Source: Mobula hypostoma (taxonomy: Eukaryota). Taken from it: a stretch of DNA of 64,000 nt. The notes under the pieces were generated by a model. That model saw only the letters and a program-made list of their open reading frames with translations. It searched no databases and had not been told where the DNA came from. Below are positions 1 to 12,308 of this stretch, piece after piece. Location of the stretch: positions 135,596,001-135,660,000 of the forward strand of contig NC_086097.1 of NCBI RefSeq assembly GCF_963921235.1. The letters are read 5' to 3'. Each line of letters begins with the position of its first letter. Position 1 is the stretch's first letter. The translations under genes were made by a program, and so were the position numbers.

Positions 1-49
1 GTTAATTAGCTGCTGTAAATTACCTTTAACGTAGGTACAATCCGAATCA

Positions 50-550
50 GGTAATAATAATCCTGGTATATGTTGTGAAATTGGTTGATTATGCAGCAGC
101 ATTGCAAAGTAATACATAATAATAGAGAAAAAGTGAATTACAGTAAGTATATATATAAAATAGTTAAATTAAATAAGAAGTGCAAAAATAGAAATAAAAA
201 AAAGTAGTGAGGTAGTGTTCATGGGTTCAGTGTCCATTTAGAAATCGGATGGCAGAGGGAAAGAAGCTGTTCCTGAATCACTGAGTGTGTGCCTTCAGGC
301 TCCTGTACCTCCTCCCTGATCGTAACAATGAGAAGAGGACATGTCTTATTGGTGATGGGGGTCTTTAATGATGGATGCCGCCTTTTTGAGGTACTGCTCC
401 TTGAAGATGTCTTGGATACTATGGAGGCTAGTGCTCATGATGGAGCTGACTAATTTTACAACTTTCTGCAGCTGACTTCGATCTTGTGCAGTAGCCACCA
501 CCCCCTCCCCCCGCCATACCAGACAGTGACGCAGCCAGTTAGAATGCAGT
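50..550 (-). mobile_element. Rex1/Babar-type LINE, 3' end fragment
   Basis: Closely similar to 10197-10730 and 44740-45060 (gggaagaagctgttcctgaatcactgagtgtgtgccttcagg...). The 10197 copy continues into recognisable RT sequence. Confidence 0.6.
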
Positions 551-1365
551 TAGAAAGTTTTGAATCTGGGATGAAGAAAATGTGGGAGAAAATTCATTAA
601 AAAAAAACGCGAAGTTAGTGAAGGATTATTGTGAGTGGGTGTTTGATGTTTCGCCTGCTTCCATGATGTGTGACTCTATGACCAAATCAGAACTCCAGCC
701 AGAGTAAAGGTTTACTCAAGAGTGCCACTGCCTGAAGGAAATGGGACCACCCAAGTGAAACCTGGGATTAGCTCTTTCTGTTGTTGTAGGCCTCCTTGTC
801 ACAGAGATCAAAATATGAAAGGTTTTTGAAATGATCGCACAAACAAAGCAATTGATTTTAGACTGTGAAAGGGTTTAATTGGTGTTAACATTCTAAGCTG
901 TTTAGGTCTCACACAAAGGCTGCTTAATCAGTCCAAACAAACATTGGTTCTCCAGAGGTAAAGTAATCCAAATGGAGATCGAGGCAGCTCTTTGGCTGAA
1001 TTGTCCCTGAGAACCAAGGTCCCATACATAGACTCAACAAGAGCATTATGGAGTGTATTAAATGGAGTGAATAATGTAAAACGATGCCCACATTGTAACC
1101 AAAGAAGAACCTTGCTGATCTGACTGTGGTTTGATGGCTGAACTGCCAACTTCAACAATGCTTTTGCATTTAGAGTCTGTTTCTCAGCTTTGGGTCTCTG
1201 GATGCATGGATTCACCACCACAGATTCCTGCTTTAGCTAAATATATTTAGCTAATACTCCAAGGTAAAAAGGAAAGGCTCAAATATCCATCTGAAAGCAT
1301 GAACCGCATTACTGTACAGATGATAATAATTCTTGAAAAGTGTTGAGAATTTATTTATCTTTTTT

Positions 1366-1990
1366 CTTAGATTATGAAGACATGCAATCCTCTTTTATTG
1401 TCATTTAATAATGCATGCATTAAGAAATGATACAATATTTCCTCCGGTGTGATATCACAAAACACAGGACAGGACAGACCAAGACTGAAAAAAACTAACA
1501 AAACCACATATTTATAACATATAGTTACAACAGTGCAACAATACCATAACTTGAAGAAGTCCATGAGCACAGTAAAAGTTCAAAATTTCTCAAATGTCCC
1601 ACATCTCACGCAGACGGGAGAGGGAAGAAAAACTCTCCCTGCCATACCTGACCACGGTCCGACTCTGAGTCATCTGAAAACTTCGAGCTCTGATCAGCTC
1701 TCCGACACGGAGTACTGATCGCCATCTCTATCCAAATGATTCGACCTCCATCTCGGTCGCCAACAGCAGGCAAAGCTGGGGATTTTGAGGCCTTCCCTCT
1801 GAAAGCTTCCCAACCGCGCAGTAATGACAGCAGCGAACGAACGTTTCAGAAAATTTTCCAGATGTTCCTCTGTGCTTTCACATCCATCTCCATCAAATCA
1901 GAATTGTCCACAGCCCTATTTAACGGATATATCGTCATTTTTCACTGGAGGGCTGTGCACACGTGGCACGCTGCTTCTCTCTCCTCCCGC
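1366..1990 (-). mobile_element. Non-autonomous retroposon (LINE-UTR-derived, aatct-type tail), apparently full length
   Basis: Homologous to 51576-52151 (-) and 13801-14006 (+). All end ...gacaataaa(a/g)gagga...cataatc(taatct)n. GC-rich body with no credible ORF. Confidence 0.55.
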
Positions 1991-2019
1991 TGCTTTGTCA
2001 GCTTCATAAAATATCTGCG

Positions 2020-2490
2020 CTTTCCCACTCAGTGCGACTCAGCTCAATATATGTCCTCACCTTCCATCATCACCCTCTGGTGCTCTTCCTCCCCCTTTTC
2101 CCATGGTCCACTCTCCTCTAGATTCTAGATGAGATTATTTCTTCTTCAGCCCTTATCTCTTCTACCCATCACATCCCAGCTCCGACCTCATCCTCTCCTC
2201 CCACCACCCTCCTTCTGCCTCATCCAGTCTCACTTATCTCCTGCCAGCTTGTACTCCTTCCTCTCAATCCACCCTAACACCTTCTGCCTCTTTCCTTTCC
2301 AGTCCTGATGAAGGCTCTCAGCCCCAAAACTACAGCGGTTTATTTTCCCACCCGGTGTGACTCAGCTCAATATATCTCCTCACCTGCCCATCACCATCCT
2401 CTGGTGCTCTTCCTCCCCCTGAGTTGCTGAGTTGGTCCAGTATTTTTTGTGTGTCGATCCAGTTTTCCAGCATCAGCGGAATCTCTTTTG
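2020..2490 (+). mobile_element. Degenerate Penelope-like element 3' (pseudo-LTR) fragments
   Basis: Pyrimidine-rich tract, decayed hammerhead motif agtcctgatgaaggctctcagccccaaaac (~2301), and tail gctgagtt...ccag...ttccagcatc as in 5880-5950. 2020-2095 is partly repeated at 2345-2420. Confidence 0.5.
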
Positions 2491-2494
2491 TTCA

Positions 2495-2850
2495 TATCAC
2501 AGGCACATCACTCCCCATCATCAAAAACGAGACGCTGCCTTGGGAAGACAGCACCTATCATCAGAGTTCCCTACCATCTGGGCCATGCCGTCTTCTCACA
2601 GCTACCCTTGGGCAGGAGGAACAGGAGCCTGAAGTCCATCACAGGTTCATCATGTCCTTCAATGCACTCTGTCGTCATGATGCATTGCTTTGGGAAGGCT
2701 AATGGAATCGTCAAGGATACCTGTAATCCTGGCCATTACCTTTTTACTCTTCTATCAAGTTCTTGTGTCTGGGAGATGCAGACATTGAAAGCCTGCAGTC
2801 CAGACTCAATCATAGCTTCTTTCCCACTGCTGTCAGACTTCTGAACCAAT
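2495..2850 (+). mobile_element. Decayed Rex1/Babar LINE C-terminal fragments
   Basis: atcacaggcacatcactcccc...ggccatgccgtcttctcacagctaccc...aggaggaacaggagcctgaag resembles 17740-17860. Confidence 0.45.
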
Positions 2851-2972
2851 CACCTTTCTCACCTCCTTCCTGGTAGTACCACCACCTTCCCAAATCTGAA
2901 TTCTATCTCTATCTGTTATTCTATTTATTATCACATCAGCATTTACTTTTGCACTGCTTCAAATCACACTGA

Positions 2973-3437
2973 AACACACACACACAAAATGCTGGAGGAA
3001 CTCAGCAGGCCAGGCAGCATCCATGGAAAAGGGTAGAGTTGACGTTTCAGGCAGAGACCCTTCAGCAGGACTGGAGGGAAAAAAGATGAGGAGCAGAGTT
3101 AAAAGGTAGGGGGAGGAGAGGGAGAAACACAAGGTGATAGGTGAAACCAGGAGGGGGAGGGGTGAAGTAAAGAGCTGGGAAGTTGGTTGGTGGAAGAGAC
3201 ACAGGGCTGGAGAAGGGGGAGTCTGATAGGAGAGGACAGAAGGCCATGGAAGAAAGAAGAGTCGGGAGGCAATGGGCAGACAAAGAGATAAAGAGGAGAG
3301 GGAAAAGGGGATGGGGAATGATGCAGTGGGGGCCCTCTCACCTTATCTTCTTGCCTGCCCATTGCCTCTCTCTGCTCCTCCTCCCTTTTCTTTCTTCCAC
3401 GGCCTTCTGTCCTCTCCTATCAGACTCGCCCTTCTCT
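2973..3437 (-). mobile_element. Penelope-like element 3' region with an inverted partial copy
   Basis: 2975-3320 is the reverse complement of the PLE tail seen at 57520-57860. 3335-3437 is the same sequence in + orientation, forming an inverted repeat. The hammerhead core is mutated (CTGCTGA). Confidence 0.65.
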
Positions 3438-5196
3438 TGTTTCAAATTGCCTTCTTTGTACCATTCTAATGTTCTGCACTTGTCGTTGTGCTTGTTGTTG
3501 TATTTATTGTTGCCACGTATACCATTACTCTGTGAGCTTCATGTGAACAAGGAATTTCATTGCACTCTGGTCTTATGTGACAATAAACTAATCTAATCTA
3601 ATATATTTAACAATGGAATCAAGCACACTCAGATTTCGATTAAAAATTGCCTCAACTCCATTTGATTCGAAATGGGGGTGGGGGGAATGTGTCCAAGGTC
3701 AGTCCTGCAATTTTCATCCCTCTGTTTGCTCTGCCTCTTTCTCCCCTTCTTATCCCACATCAAGAGGTATATGCCACATATATACAATGGAGCAGGATAA
3801 AGGCCAAGGAACCTTCTAAAGGCTCAATCAAAGCAATCTGCTCTGAGGTACCATGTAGGAGCCGGTGAGGTGATTTAGTATTTAATTACTAACTAGGCCC
3901 AGACGGGATAACACTCAGAAGTTAAAGCTTTGAAGTGGCAAGGGCCAAATGAGGATGGTGACTTCTGATGGAGAATATTCATCTCATCCTTGAAGTCAGG
4001 GTGTTTGGGTTTACGGGTTGGAGTTTCACCACAATTCCAGATGCAAGGTGATGGAAAGAATTGCAAGCAGACACCCACCCCCCCCAAAGAAAAGTTACAG
4101 ATTTTACCTTGGGAATGGCAGTATCTAGCAATACAAGTTTAAAAACATTTTCCGTAGTAGCTACAATTTAACCAATTAGTGGATCTTTAGTGATAGTGCT
4201 TACTGTTCAGAGTCATGAAATTAAGATAAGGACAGAGAACCTACGGTTACTTCTAATGATATTGAAAGGTATAATCTTTGTTCACTGAAACATCAGCCTC
4301 TTCTGCAGTCTGTGATGAATCATGAGAAAAGCAATCATGAGAAAAACAAAAAGAAATAAATTAAAATGTTAAGAACTTGCTTATGGGGACAGCCCATCAA
4401 CTTTGTTTTTACAAAATTAACTAATTTATTTTACAGCAATTAGATGGATGTGACTCATAGACCATATTTTACATATGTACAGTCATTGCATTTGTACAAC
4501 AATGTCTGGAGCAGTTTGTGAATAAACCACTTGCATCTGGTTCAGCAGGAGACCTCTGCTTGACAACTGCTTGCCAAATTTCTGACATCAGTAGTCATAT
4601 TCTGCATTACTGAGTGGGTTGAGAGAAAACTGTTGCCTTCAACATTATGTTACCTCATTCATGACCTACCATGCAAGGCGAATTGGTTCTCACCAGTCTA
4701 CACGGACATGGGCGGTTCCAAATAGGATCTGATTGGGACAGATGCCCATTTAAGGAGTGGCTGACAAACCTCTTCCGTGAAAGTGGTAACCCATCAAATA
4801 GCAGACCACTTAATCACATCACTTCCTCAAGATATTCTTGAAATAAGTTTCCTGTCTGCAAACCCTAAGCAGTGACTCAAAGATCTCGGAATCATTTTAT
4901 GAATGTTGTTCCATCCATAAGAAAAGAATCATTGTCATAGAGAGATATAGCACAGAAATAGGCTCTTCAGCCTGATGAGACTATTCTAATCAACCACTAA
5001 GCACATCTTTCCCTCCCCCCCCCTCTCTGCATTCCGCAGGGATCGCTCCCTACGCAACTCACTTGTCCATTCGTCCCCCCCATCCCTCCCCACTGATCTC
5101 CCTCCTGGCACTTATCCGTGTAAGCAGAACAAGTGCTACACATGCCCTTACACTTCCTCCCTTACCACCATTCAGGGCCCCAAACAGTCCTTCCAG

Positions 5197-5523
5197 GTGA
5201 GGCATCACTTCACCTGTGAGTCGACTGGGGTGATATACTGCGTCCGGTGCTCCCGATGTGGCCTTTTATATATTGGTGAGACCCGACGCAGACTGGGAGA
5301 CCGCTTTACTGAACATCTACGCTCTGTCCGCCAGAGAAAGCAGGATCTCCCAGTGGCCACACATTTTAATTCCACATCCCATTCCCATTCTGACATGTCT
5401 ATCCACGGTCTCCTCTACTGTAAAGATGAAGCCACACTCAGGTTGGAGGAACAACACCTTATATTCCGTCTGGGTAGCCTCCAACCTGATGGCATGAGCA
5501 TCGACTTCTCTAACTTCCGCTAA
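5197..5523 (+). pseudogene. PLE GIY-YIG endonuclease domain (C-terminal end of PLE ORF)
   Basis: FTCESTGVIYCVRCSRCGLLYIGETRRRLGDRFTEH...PVATHFN...EEQHLIFRLGSLQPDGM: VIY/YIG motifs with the intervening CxxC typical of PLE endonucleases. No RT upstream. Confidence 0.85.
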
Positions 5524-5820
5524 GGCCCCACCTCCCCCTCGTACCCCATCTGTTACTCATTTTTATGCACACATTCTTTCTCTCACTCTCCTTTTTCTCC
5601 CTCTGTCCCTCTGAATATACCTCTTGCCCATCCTCTGGGTCACCCCCCCTCCTTGTCTTTCTTCCCGGACCTCCTGTCCCATGATCCTCTCGTATCCCCT
5701 TTTGCCTATCACCTGTCCAGCTCTTGGCTCTATCCCTCCCCCTCCTGTCTTCTCCTATCATTTTGCATCTCCCCCTCCCCCTCCAGCTTTCAAATCCCTT
5801 ACTCACTCTTCCTTCAGTTA

Positions 5821-5854
5821 GTCCTGACGAAGGGTCTCGGCCTGAAACGTCGAC
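5821..5854 (+). ncRNA. Minimal type I hammerhead ribozyme motif in PLE 3' repeat
   Basis: GTC-CTGACGA-AGG(GTCTCGG)CCT-GAAA-C-GTC^GAC. Has the CUGANGA and GAAA core, stem II AGG/CCT, stem I (A)GTC/GAC(T), a GUC cleavage triplet and a loop-less palindromic stem III (ACGT). Confidence 0.75.
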
Positions 5855-6588
5855 TGCGCCTCTTCCTATAGATGCTGCTTGGCCTGCTGCGTTCACCAGC
5901 AACTTTGATGTATGTTGCTTGAATTTCCAGCATCTGCAGAATTCCTGTTGTTTGCATTCTAATCAACTGCCTATTTACACTAATCCTATATATATCCTAT
6001 TTTAACAACCAATTGGTTTATCTACATCAGCGGTCCCCAACCACCGGGCCGTGAACCGGTACCGGGCCGCAAAGCACGTGCTACCGGGCCATGAAGACAC
6101 GATATGAGTCAGCTGCACCTTTCCTCATTCCCTGTTGAACTTGAACATAGAGTTGCCAACTGTACCCTATTTGCCAGGACATCCCGTATATTGAGCTAAA
6201 TTGGTTTGTCCTGTATTTCCCCTGCTAAGGTAGAGCGTTCCTATGAAACCTATCGTGCCAAAATGCTGTGAAGTGAAGAAGCAATTACCATAAATTTATA
6301 TGGGAAAATTTTTTGAACGTTCCCAGAAAATAACCTAACAAATCATACCAAATAACACATAAAACCGAAAGTAAATAACACTAACATATAGTAAAAGCAG
6401 GAATGATATGATAACACACAGCCTATATAAAGTAGAAATAATGTATGGAAAGTATAGTCGGGAAGAGGAAGGCAAAACCGATTTGTGGGAAAAAATTCGG
6501 CACGTATGCGCATGCGCACACAGGTGCTCGCACAAGGCTTCATGGTCATGGTAGTCTTTCCGGGGGTAAAGTGTCCCGGGATTTGACT

Positions 6589-6767
6589 CCAACAGTCTGG
6601 TGAACGCAGCAGGCCAGGCAGCATCTCTAGGAAGAGGTACAGTCGACGTTTCAGGCCGAGACCCTTCGTCAGGACTGTCGACGTTTCAGGCCGAGACCCT
6701 TCGTCAGGACTTGTCGACGTTTCAGGCCGAGACCCTTCGTCAGGACCATCAACTTTTATGTGTGTTG
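6589..6767 (-). mobile_element. Short Penelope-derived insertion carrying three tandem hammerhead motifs
   Basis: 13-bp direct repeat ccgggatttgact at 6576-6588 and 6768-6780. Contents match the PLE tail at 5821-5915. Confidence 0.85.
6642..6746 (-). ncRNA. Tandem triplet of identical 34-nt minimal hammerhead ribozyme motifs
   Basis: gtcgacgtttcaggccgagacccttcgtcaggac at 6642-6675, 6677-6710 and 6713-6746. The reverse complement equals the motif at 5821-5854. Confidence 0.75.
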
Positions 6768-7479
6768 CCGGGATTTGACTGCTACTTTTGTCCCTTGTTT
6801 GGGGGTGAGAAAGTTGGCAACCCGAACTGTAAAAGACATGTTGAGGTGAGTTTAACCCTACTCGAACAACTCCCCCCGCCCCACCCCACAGTCGGCTGGT
6901 CCACAAGAATATTGTCAATACTAAACCGGTCCGCGGGCCAAAAAAGGTTGGGGACCCCTGATCTACATGCTCGTCTTTGGGATGTGGTGTAATAAATTTT
7001 GTAAAAATACAGGATGAAAGTCTGAAAATTCCAAGTGATACTGTGAGCTCACAGCATGTAAGGTGGTTGTATAAGTTAAATGCTATAGATTTGTCAAATG
7101 TTTGCTCAGAGCAGCTGGATTCTTTCTTGGCCTCAGGCACAGTGGCATGAAAACAAAAGACCAAATGGTTTGTCTCTGTGTGTCTCGCTGTGCTTGTGGA
7201 TTGAATCCCTACTTATTGAGGCACCTTTCACTCAGTTCTTGGGACTTCACTTAGACCAAGGAATCAGGGTGATTTCACAAGTTAGAATTTGGAGTTCCGT
7301 TGACAACAGCAACGATCAAGACCCCTGACAACAGCAACAATCAAGTGGAGCTCTGAAAGCTTTGTAACTTACTACAAAGTATTTAATGTGGTTTATTTGT
7401 GCCTTCTGTTTTATGCTAACAAATTAGACTTAACATGGTTTGTTATGTATTTATTTCCACATCTCCTGAACACTTGAAT

Positions 7480-7640
7480 TGTTTGGGTCTTTTGGGTCTG
7501 ATCAGCCCATTATAGCAGGTGACTTGAGCACCAAGAGGGAACCCACATGGTCACAGAGAGAATAAGCAAACTCCACACAATTTGTACCTGAGGCCAGTAC
7601 TGAACGTGAATCTCTGGAGCTGTGACTTGGTGCCGCTATG
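7480..7640 (-). mobile_element. Decayed tRNA-derived V-SINE (HE1-like)
   Basis: gagggaacccacatggtcacagagagaataagcaaactccacaca resembles the reverse complement of the V-SINE central domain. Confidence 0.45.
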
Positions 7641-8369
7641 GGAAGACAGGCATACAGCCTTTCAGATTAATGTTAAATAATGCAGCCTCTATAGATTCAC
7701 ATTCTCAAACTGATAAAGTTAATAAAAATCCCAATCAGAATCTTTTGAAATCCCAAGGAGAGGCTAAACACCTGCCCTTGACATTAAGTGGTATTGCCTT
7801 ATTCTAGTATGACGTTCAACAAGTGTAAACATCTAATTTATCACATCTTGTCATAACTTTGAAGACTTAATTGGTAGAAAAGTCTGATGTCCCACACCAC
7901 TGGGTTCAGGAACAGCTATTTCCTGACAACTGTAATGTTGTTGAATTGACCTGAACAACACTGATCCTACCTCAGCAATGGAATATTACCAATCACCTCT
8001 TGCACTACCATGGACTTGTCTCTAACTGTGCTCTTATTTTGCACTTGTCTTGTTTTAAACAGTCTTTTTCTTAACTGTCTTGTATATTTTATATTCTATT
8101 ATCGGTGCCTATGTACTGTGATGCTGCTCAAGCAAGTATTTCATTGGACCTGTACTTTACCATAATACAACATCATACAACAAACCTGACTACTTCCATT
8201 AGGTTACTCCTCAAAATTTCTTAAATTTAAATTTCTATTTTATATTTTTGTATTGTACTGTAGCTGCAAAATAACATACTTCATGTCATTTAGGTCAGTG
8301 ATTTGATTAAGAACCTTATGGTAACAGGTTTGACTAGGGAGCTCAAGGTGAAGGAACAGTATAGTGCAT

Positions 8370-9115
8370 GGTTCATGCATTTTGGTAGAAGGTTTAAAGG
8401 CATAATCTAGTTTCTAAATGGAGAGAACATTCAAAAGTCAGAGGTGTATGTGATCTTGGGAGTCCTCATGCAGGATTACCTAAAGGTTAACTTGCAGGTT
8501 GAATCGGTGGTAAGTAAGGCAAATACAATTTTAGTATTCATTTCAAGAGGATTAGAATTTAAAAGCAACGATGTAATGCTGCGGATTTATTAAACATTTT
8601 TTCAGTCTGCTCTTGGAGTATTGTGAGCAGTTTTGGGCCCCTTATTTAAGAAAGGATACAATGGTATTGGAGAGGGTCCAGAGAAGGTTCATGAAAATGA
8701 TCCTGGGACTGAAAGGGTTAATGTATGAGGAGCATTTGATGGTTCTGGGCCTATATTCACTAGAGTTTAAATAAATAAGAGGCGATCTCATTGAAACCTA
8801 TCAAATATTGAAAGGCCTAGGCAGAGAGGATGTTTCCTATAGTGGGTGAGTCTAAGACCAGAGGGCACAGCCTCAGAATAGAACACAAATGAGGAGGGAG
8901 ATCTTTAGCCATTAAGTGGTGAATCTGTGGAGTCCATTACCACAGAGGCAGTGGAGGCCAGGTCATTTGGTATCTTTAAAATGGAGGTTGTTAGGTTCTT
9001 GATTAGTAAGGACATCAAAGGTTTTGTGGAGAAGGCATGAGAATGGGGTTGAGAGAAATAATAAATCAGCCATGATGGAATGGTGAAGCGGACTCAATGG
9101 ACTGAATGGGATGAT
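8370..9115 (+). mobile_element. Old CR1 LINE 3' fragment
   Basis: Decayed ORF2 end (ggagtattgtgagcagttttgggcccctta, gatctcattgaaacctat, gtggtgaatctgtgg) colinear with 31790-32560. Confidence 0.75.
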
Positions 9116-10196
9116 TTTGATTTTGGAGATGCAAGAGACTGCCTATTGTTTGGTGCTAAGTTTCTGTTTTCAGTACCTGCTTTTCAGTTTTTAATTCCCA
9201 GTATCGTCAGAGGGATGCTTAGAAGGATGCTTCCCTGAACTCAAGGGTCTAGAACTAGAGACAAGTCTCAGGATAAGGCAGAGACCACCTGCCGGTGGTC
9301 GTTCTAAAAGGAGTACAGCCATCTCAATTCTAAGGGACCTTAGAATCAATACAGCCGCACCTTTATTCACCTAGAGACACGAGAGGCTACAGATGCTGGG
9401 ACCTGGAGCAACAAACTATCTGCGGGAGAGTGAAACCCTGCAACAAGAGCCTGTTTGGTCTGGTTTCAACTTGCAAAGACAGCATTTCCTTTCCTGCCAC
9501 AGATACTGCTTGGCCTGCTGAGTTCCTCCAGCAGATTGTTTGGTGTTGCTCTCATTCACCTACTTGGCAAAAGCTCACCCTTATTATCTAGAAAATCCTC
9601 ACATCAGCCCGACATCCACCCAGGGCTGCAATCAGGATGTGTCGAGTGTGTAAAACTGGGTGGAATGAAATTGCCTCAGATCCCAGCCCTGTTTTCCATC
9701 TCACTTGGGGCTGAGCTCTGAGGAGTTCTGGCTCCAATGGAAACCTTTTCTTTCTAGAACTGGGCAACTTTCCAAAAGACAACTAAGTTTTCCAAAAAGC
9801 AATCAACTCCAAAAGTGAGTGAATTAACACACATATATAATAGGTTAAATTTCTGACACCCACATCTGTCAACTCAGTGAATTCTAGTCAGCACTCTAGG
9901 CTATCCAAGTTCTTGCAAGCACTTCACTCGTAGATGTTCTCATATTCTGGCATAGACAATCAGGGTTCAGGAAGATCCTACCCCTCAGTTTCCAGCACAT
10001 CGATGGAAAAAAATCAATAGTAACTTCTCTTTGTTGTTAATGATCAGGTGATTGAAATATTAATAGCACATTTCTGTTAATCACAGAAATTTCCCTGCCC
10101 TAACAATTAGTCTCCGTGGATGGCTAATATGAATTGAGAAAAGAAAGAATAGGAGGAAGGAACTGGAGCTATATTTTTTCTCCTTTTTAAAATAAG

Positions 10197-11170
10197 TCAG
10201 AGTCAGAATTAGGTTTAATAGCTCTGGCTATGTCGTGAAATTTGTTAACTTTGTGGCAGCAGTACAATGCAATACATAATAATAGAGGAAAAAGTCTGTG
10301 AATTACAGTAGGTATATATATATATATATAAAATAGTTAAATTAAATAAGTATTGCAAAAATAGGAAATAAAGAAGTCGTGGGGTAGTGTTTATGGGTTT
10401 AATGTCTATTCAGAAATCGGATGGTGGAAGGGAAGATGCTGTTCCTGAATCATTGAGTGTGTGCCTTCAGGCTTCTGTACCTCTTTCCCGATGGTAGCAA
10501 TGAAAACAAGGCTTGACCTTGGTGATGGGGGTCCTTAATGATGGATGCCACCTTTTTGAGGCATCGCTCGTTGAAGATGTCCTGGATACTATGCAGGCTA
10601 GTGCCCATGATAGAACTGACTAAATTTATAACTCTCTGCAGCTGACTTCAATTCCGTGCAGTCGTCCTCCTTAACCCTGCCCCCCCATACCAGATGGTGA
10701 TGCAGCTAGATAGAATGCTTTCCACTTGAAATCTGTAGAAGTTTTCAAGTATTTTTGGTGGTATATCAACTCTTCTCAAACTGCTAATGAAATATAGTTG
10801 CAGAGGTGCCTTCTTTGTAGCTGTATCAATATATTGGGTCTGGGTTAATCCTCAGAGATATTGACACCCAGGAATTTGAAATTGCTCACTCTTTCCACTT
10901 TTGATACCACTATGAGGACTGGTGTGTGTTCCCTGCCTTACCCTTTCTGAAGTTCACAATCAGTTCTTTCGTCTTACTGACGTTGAGCTCAGGGTTGTTG
11001 CTGCAATACCACCCAACCAGCTGATATTTCTCACTCCTGGATGCTCTCTCGTCACCATCTGAAATTCTGCCGACAATGGCTGTATTGTCAGCAAATTTAT
11101 AGATGGCATTTGAGCTGTGCCTAATCATACAGTCATCGCTTTACAGACAGCAGAGCAGTGGGCTTAGCAC
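10197..11170 (-). mobile_element. Rex1/Babar-type LINE, 5'-truncated
   Basis: ORF 10910-11128 SSNAIYKFADNTAIVGRISDGDERA...LNVSKTKELIVNFRK is the RT (F)ADD region. The 3' UTR ends in a tctgac-type repeat. Confidence 0.8.
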
Positions 11171-12308
11171 ATATGCAGGCAGTGGAACCTTGCTCAGCAT
11201 GAACATGTTGGGCTAAAGGGTCTGTTTATGGACCTATGAATCTGTGAATCTATGTGAGGGTCGTTCTCTATTACGCTTTACTAAACAACTTAGCAATGAC
11301 TCAGAGATCAGTCTCCAAATATCTGGAGACAGAAGCTGGACTGCATACTTCAAGCATGAACTTGATGCGATTCTTGCTCTGAACTGGATGTGACACAGGG
11401 TGGACAGAATCAAAATCAGATTTATTATCACTAACTTATATGACGTTTCCCATTTTTCCTGCACATTGTGTCCACTCACTGACAAGCTTGTTGGAGTCAA
11501 GATGCAAATCTGTGCAAGGAAGACTGAGCAAAGAAACCACTGGGCTAAAGGACAGCCTCAATCCCACAAATACAAGACTCCTGAATGATAAAGATGATCC
11601 CCTTATCTCCCAGTTGACCTCATCATGGCTGGCCATTGCACTTTATTTGTCCACCTGCACTGCACTTTCTCCGTAACTGTAACGCTATATTCTGCATTCA
11701 GTTTTATCCCCCCATTTTGTACTACCTTGATGCATGGAATAATTTGCCCGCATGGCATGCACACAAATGCTTTTCACTGCATCGCCCTGCACGGGATAAT
11801 AGTACACCAATTACCAGTTGTCAGAGTGCTGGGGCAAAGGCACAGCCTTGTTTGACACCACTCGGTCCTGAGATTGACTCCGCCGTGGACCCTGGTTACT
11901 GTATGCACGCAACATATACCAGGCAGAGGATGGAGGTGAAGAGTAGGCACATTTGAAAGTAACTCTCCATAGTTCCTCTTGAGTCACAGAATGAAAGTCC
12001 TTTATGCAATCAGAACAGCCCATGCATATTCTCTCATTGGCAGGCTCCTGTAATTATGTCCACGAGCCATGAAAGTAAATGATGCTTGATGTATGGAATA
12101 ATCTGTATGATTTGGAAAAGCTTGTGAGTTCCCCTTGTTGATCATAATTCGACTGCTTGTGCATTGAAGTAATAATCTGTTACATGGCAAAGTGCCTGGT
12201 GATACTAATGAATGATTAGAAGACTTAAATAAGATGACTTCAGCCTTAAATCAACATGCTCCAGTTAAAATCTTGGCCCGTTTGATTGCTAATTTTACTT
12301 GCTTTCAG

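Larger units (their letters stand above)
4995..5955 (+). mobile_element. 5'-truncated Penelope-like retroelement
   Basis: GIY-YIG ORF end, pyrimidine-rich 3' UTR and hammerhead motif. Flanked by a 12-bp direct repeat attctaatcaac (4983-4994, 5956-5967). Confidence 0.85.
6148..6825. mobile_element. Possible second TIR element nested inside the hAT MITE
   Basis: Inverted repeats tagagttgccaact (6148-6161) / agttggcaacccga (6812-6825), resembling TAGGGTTGCCA-type hAT ends. No clear TSD. Confidence 0.45.
6028..6960. mobile_element. Non-autonomous hAT (Charlie-like) DNA transposon / MITE
   Basis: TIRs cagcggtccccaacc / ggttggggacccctg (14/15 match). Exact 8-bp TSD atctacat (6020-6027, 6961-6968), close to the Charlie NTCTAGAN target. 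Confidence 0.9.

Noticed and set aside
6642..6746. Three 34-bp direct repeats as a CRISPR array
   Set aside because: Spacers are only 1-2 nt, there are no cas genes, the context is vertebrate, and the unit is a Penelope hammerhead motif.
6343..7164. 273-aa minus-strand ORF
   Set aside because: Runs across unique DNA, a MITE and PLE repeats (PDEGSRPETST is the translated ribozyme); no domain signal.
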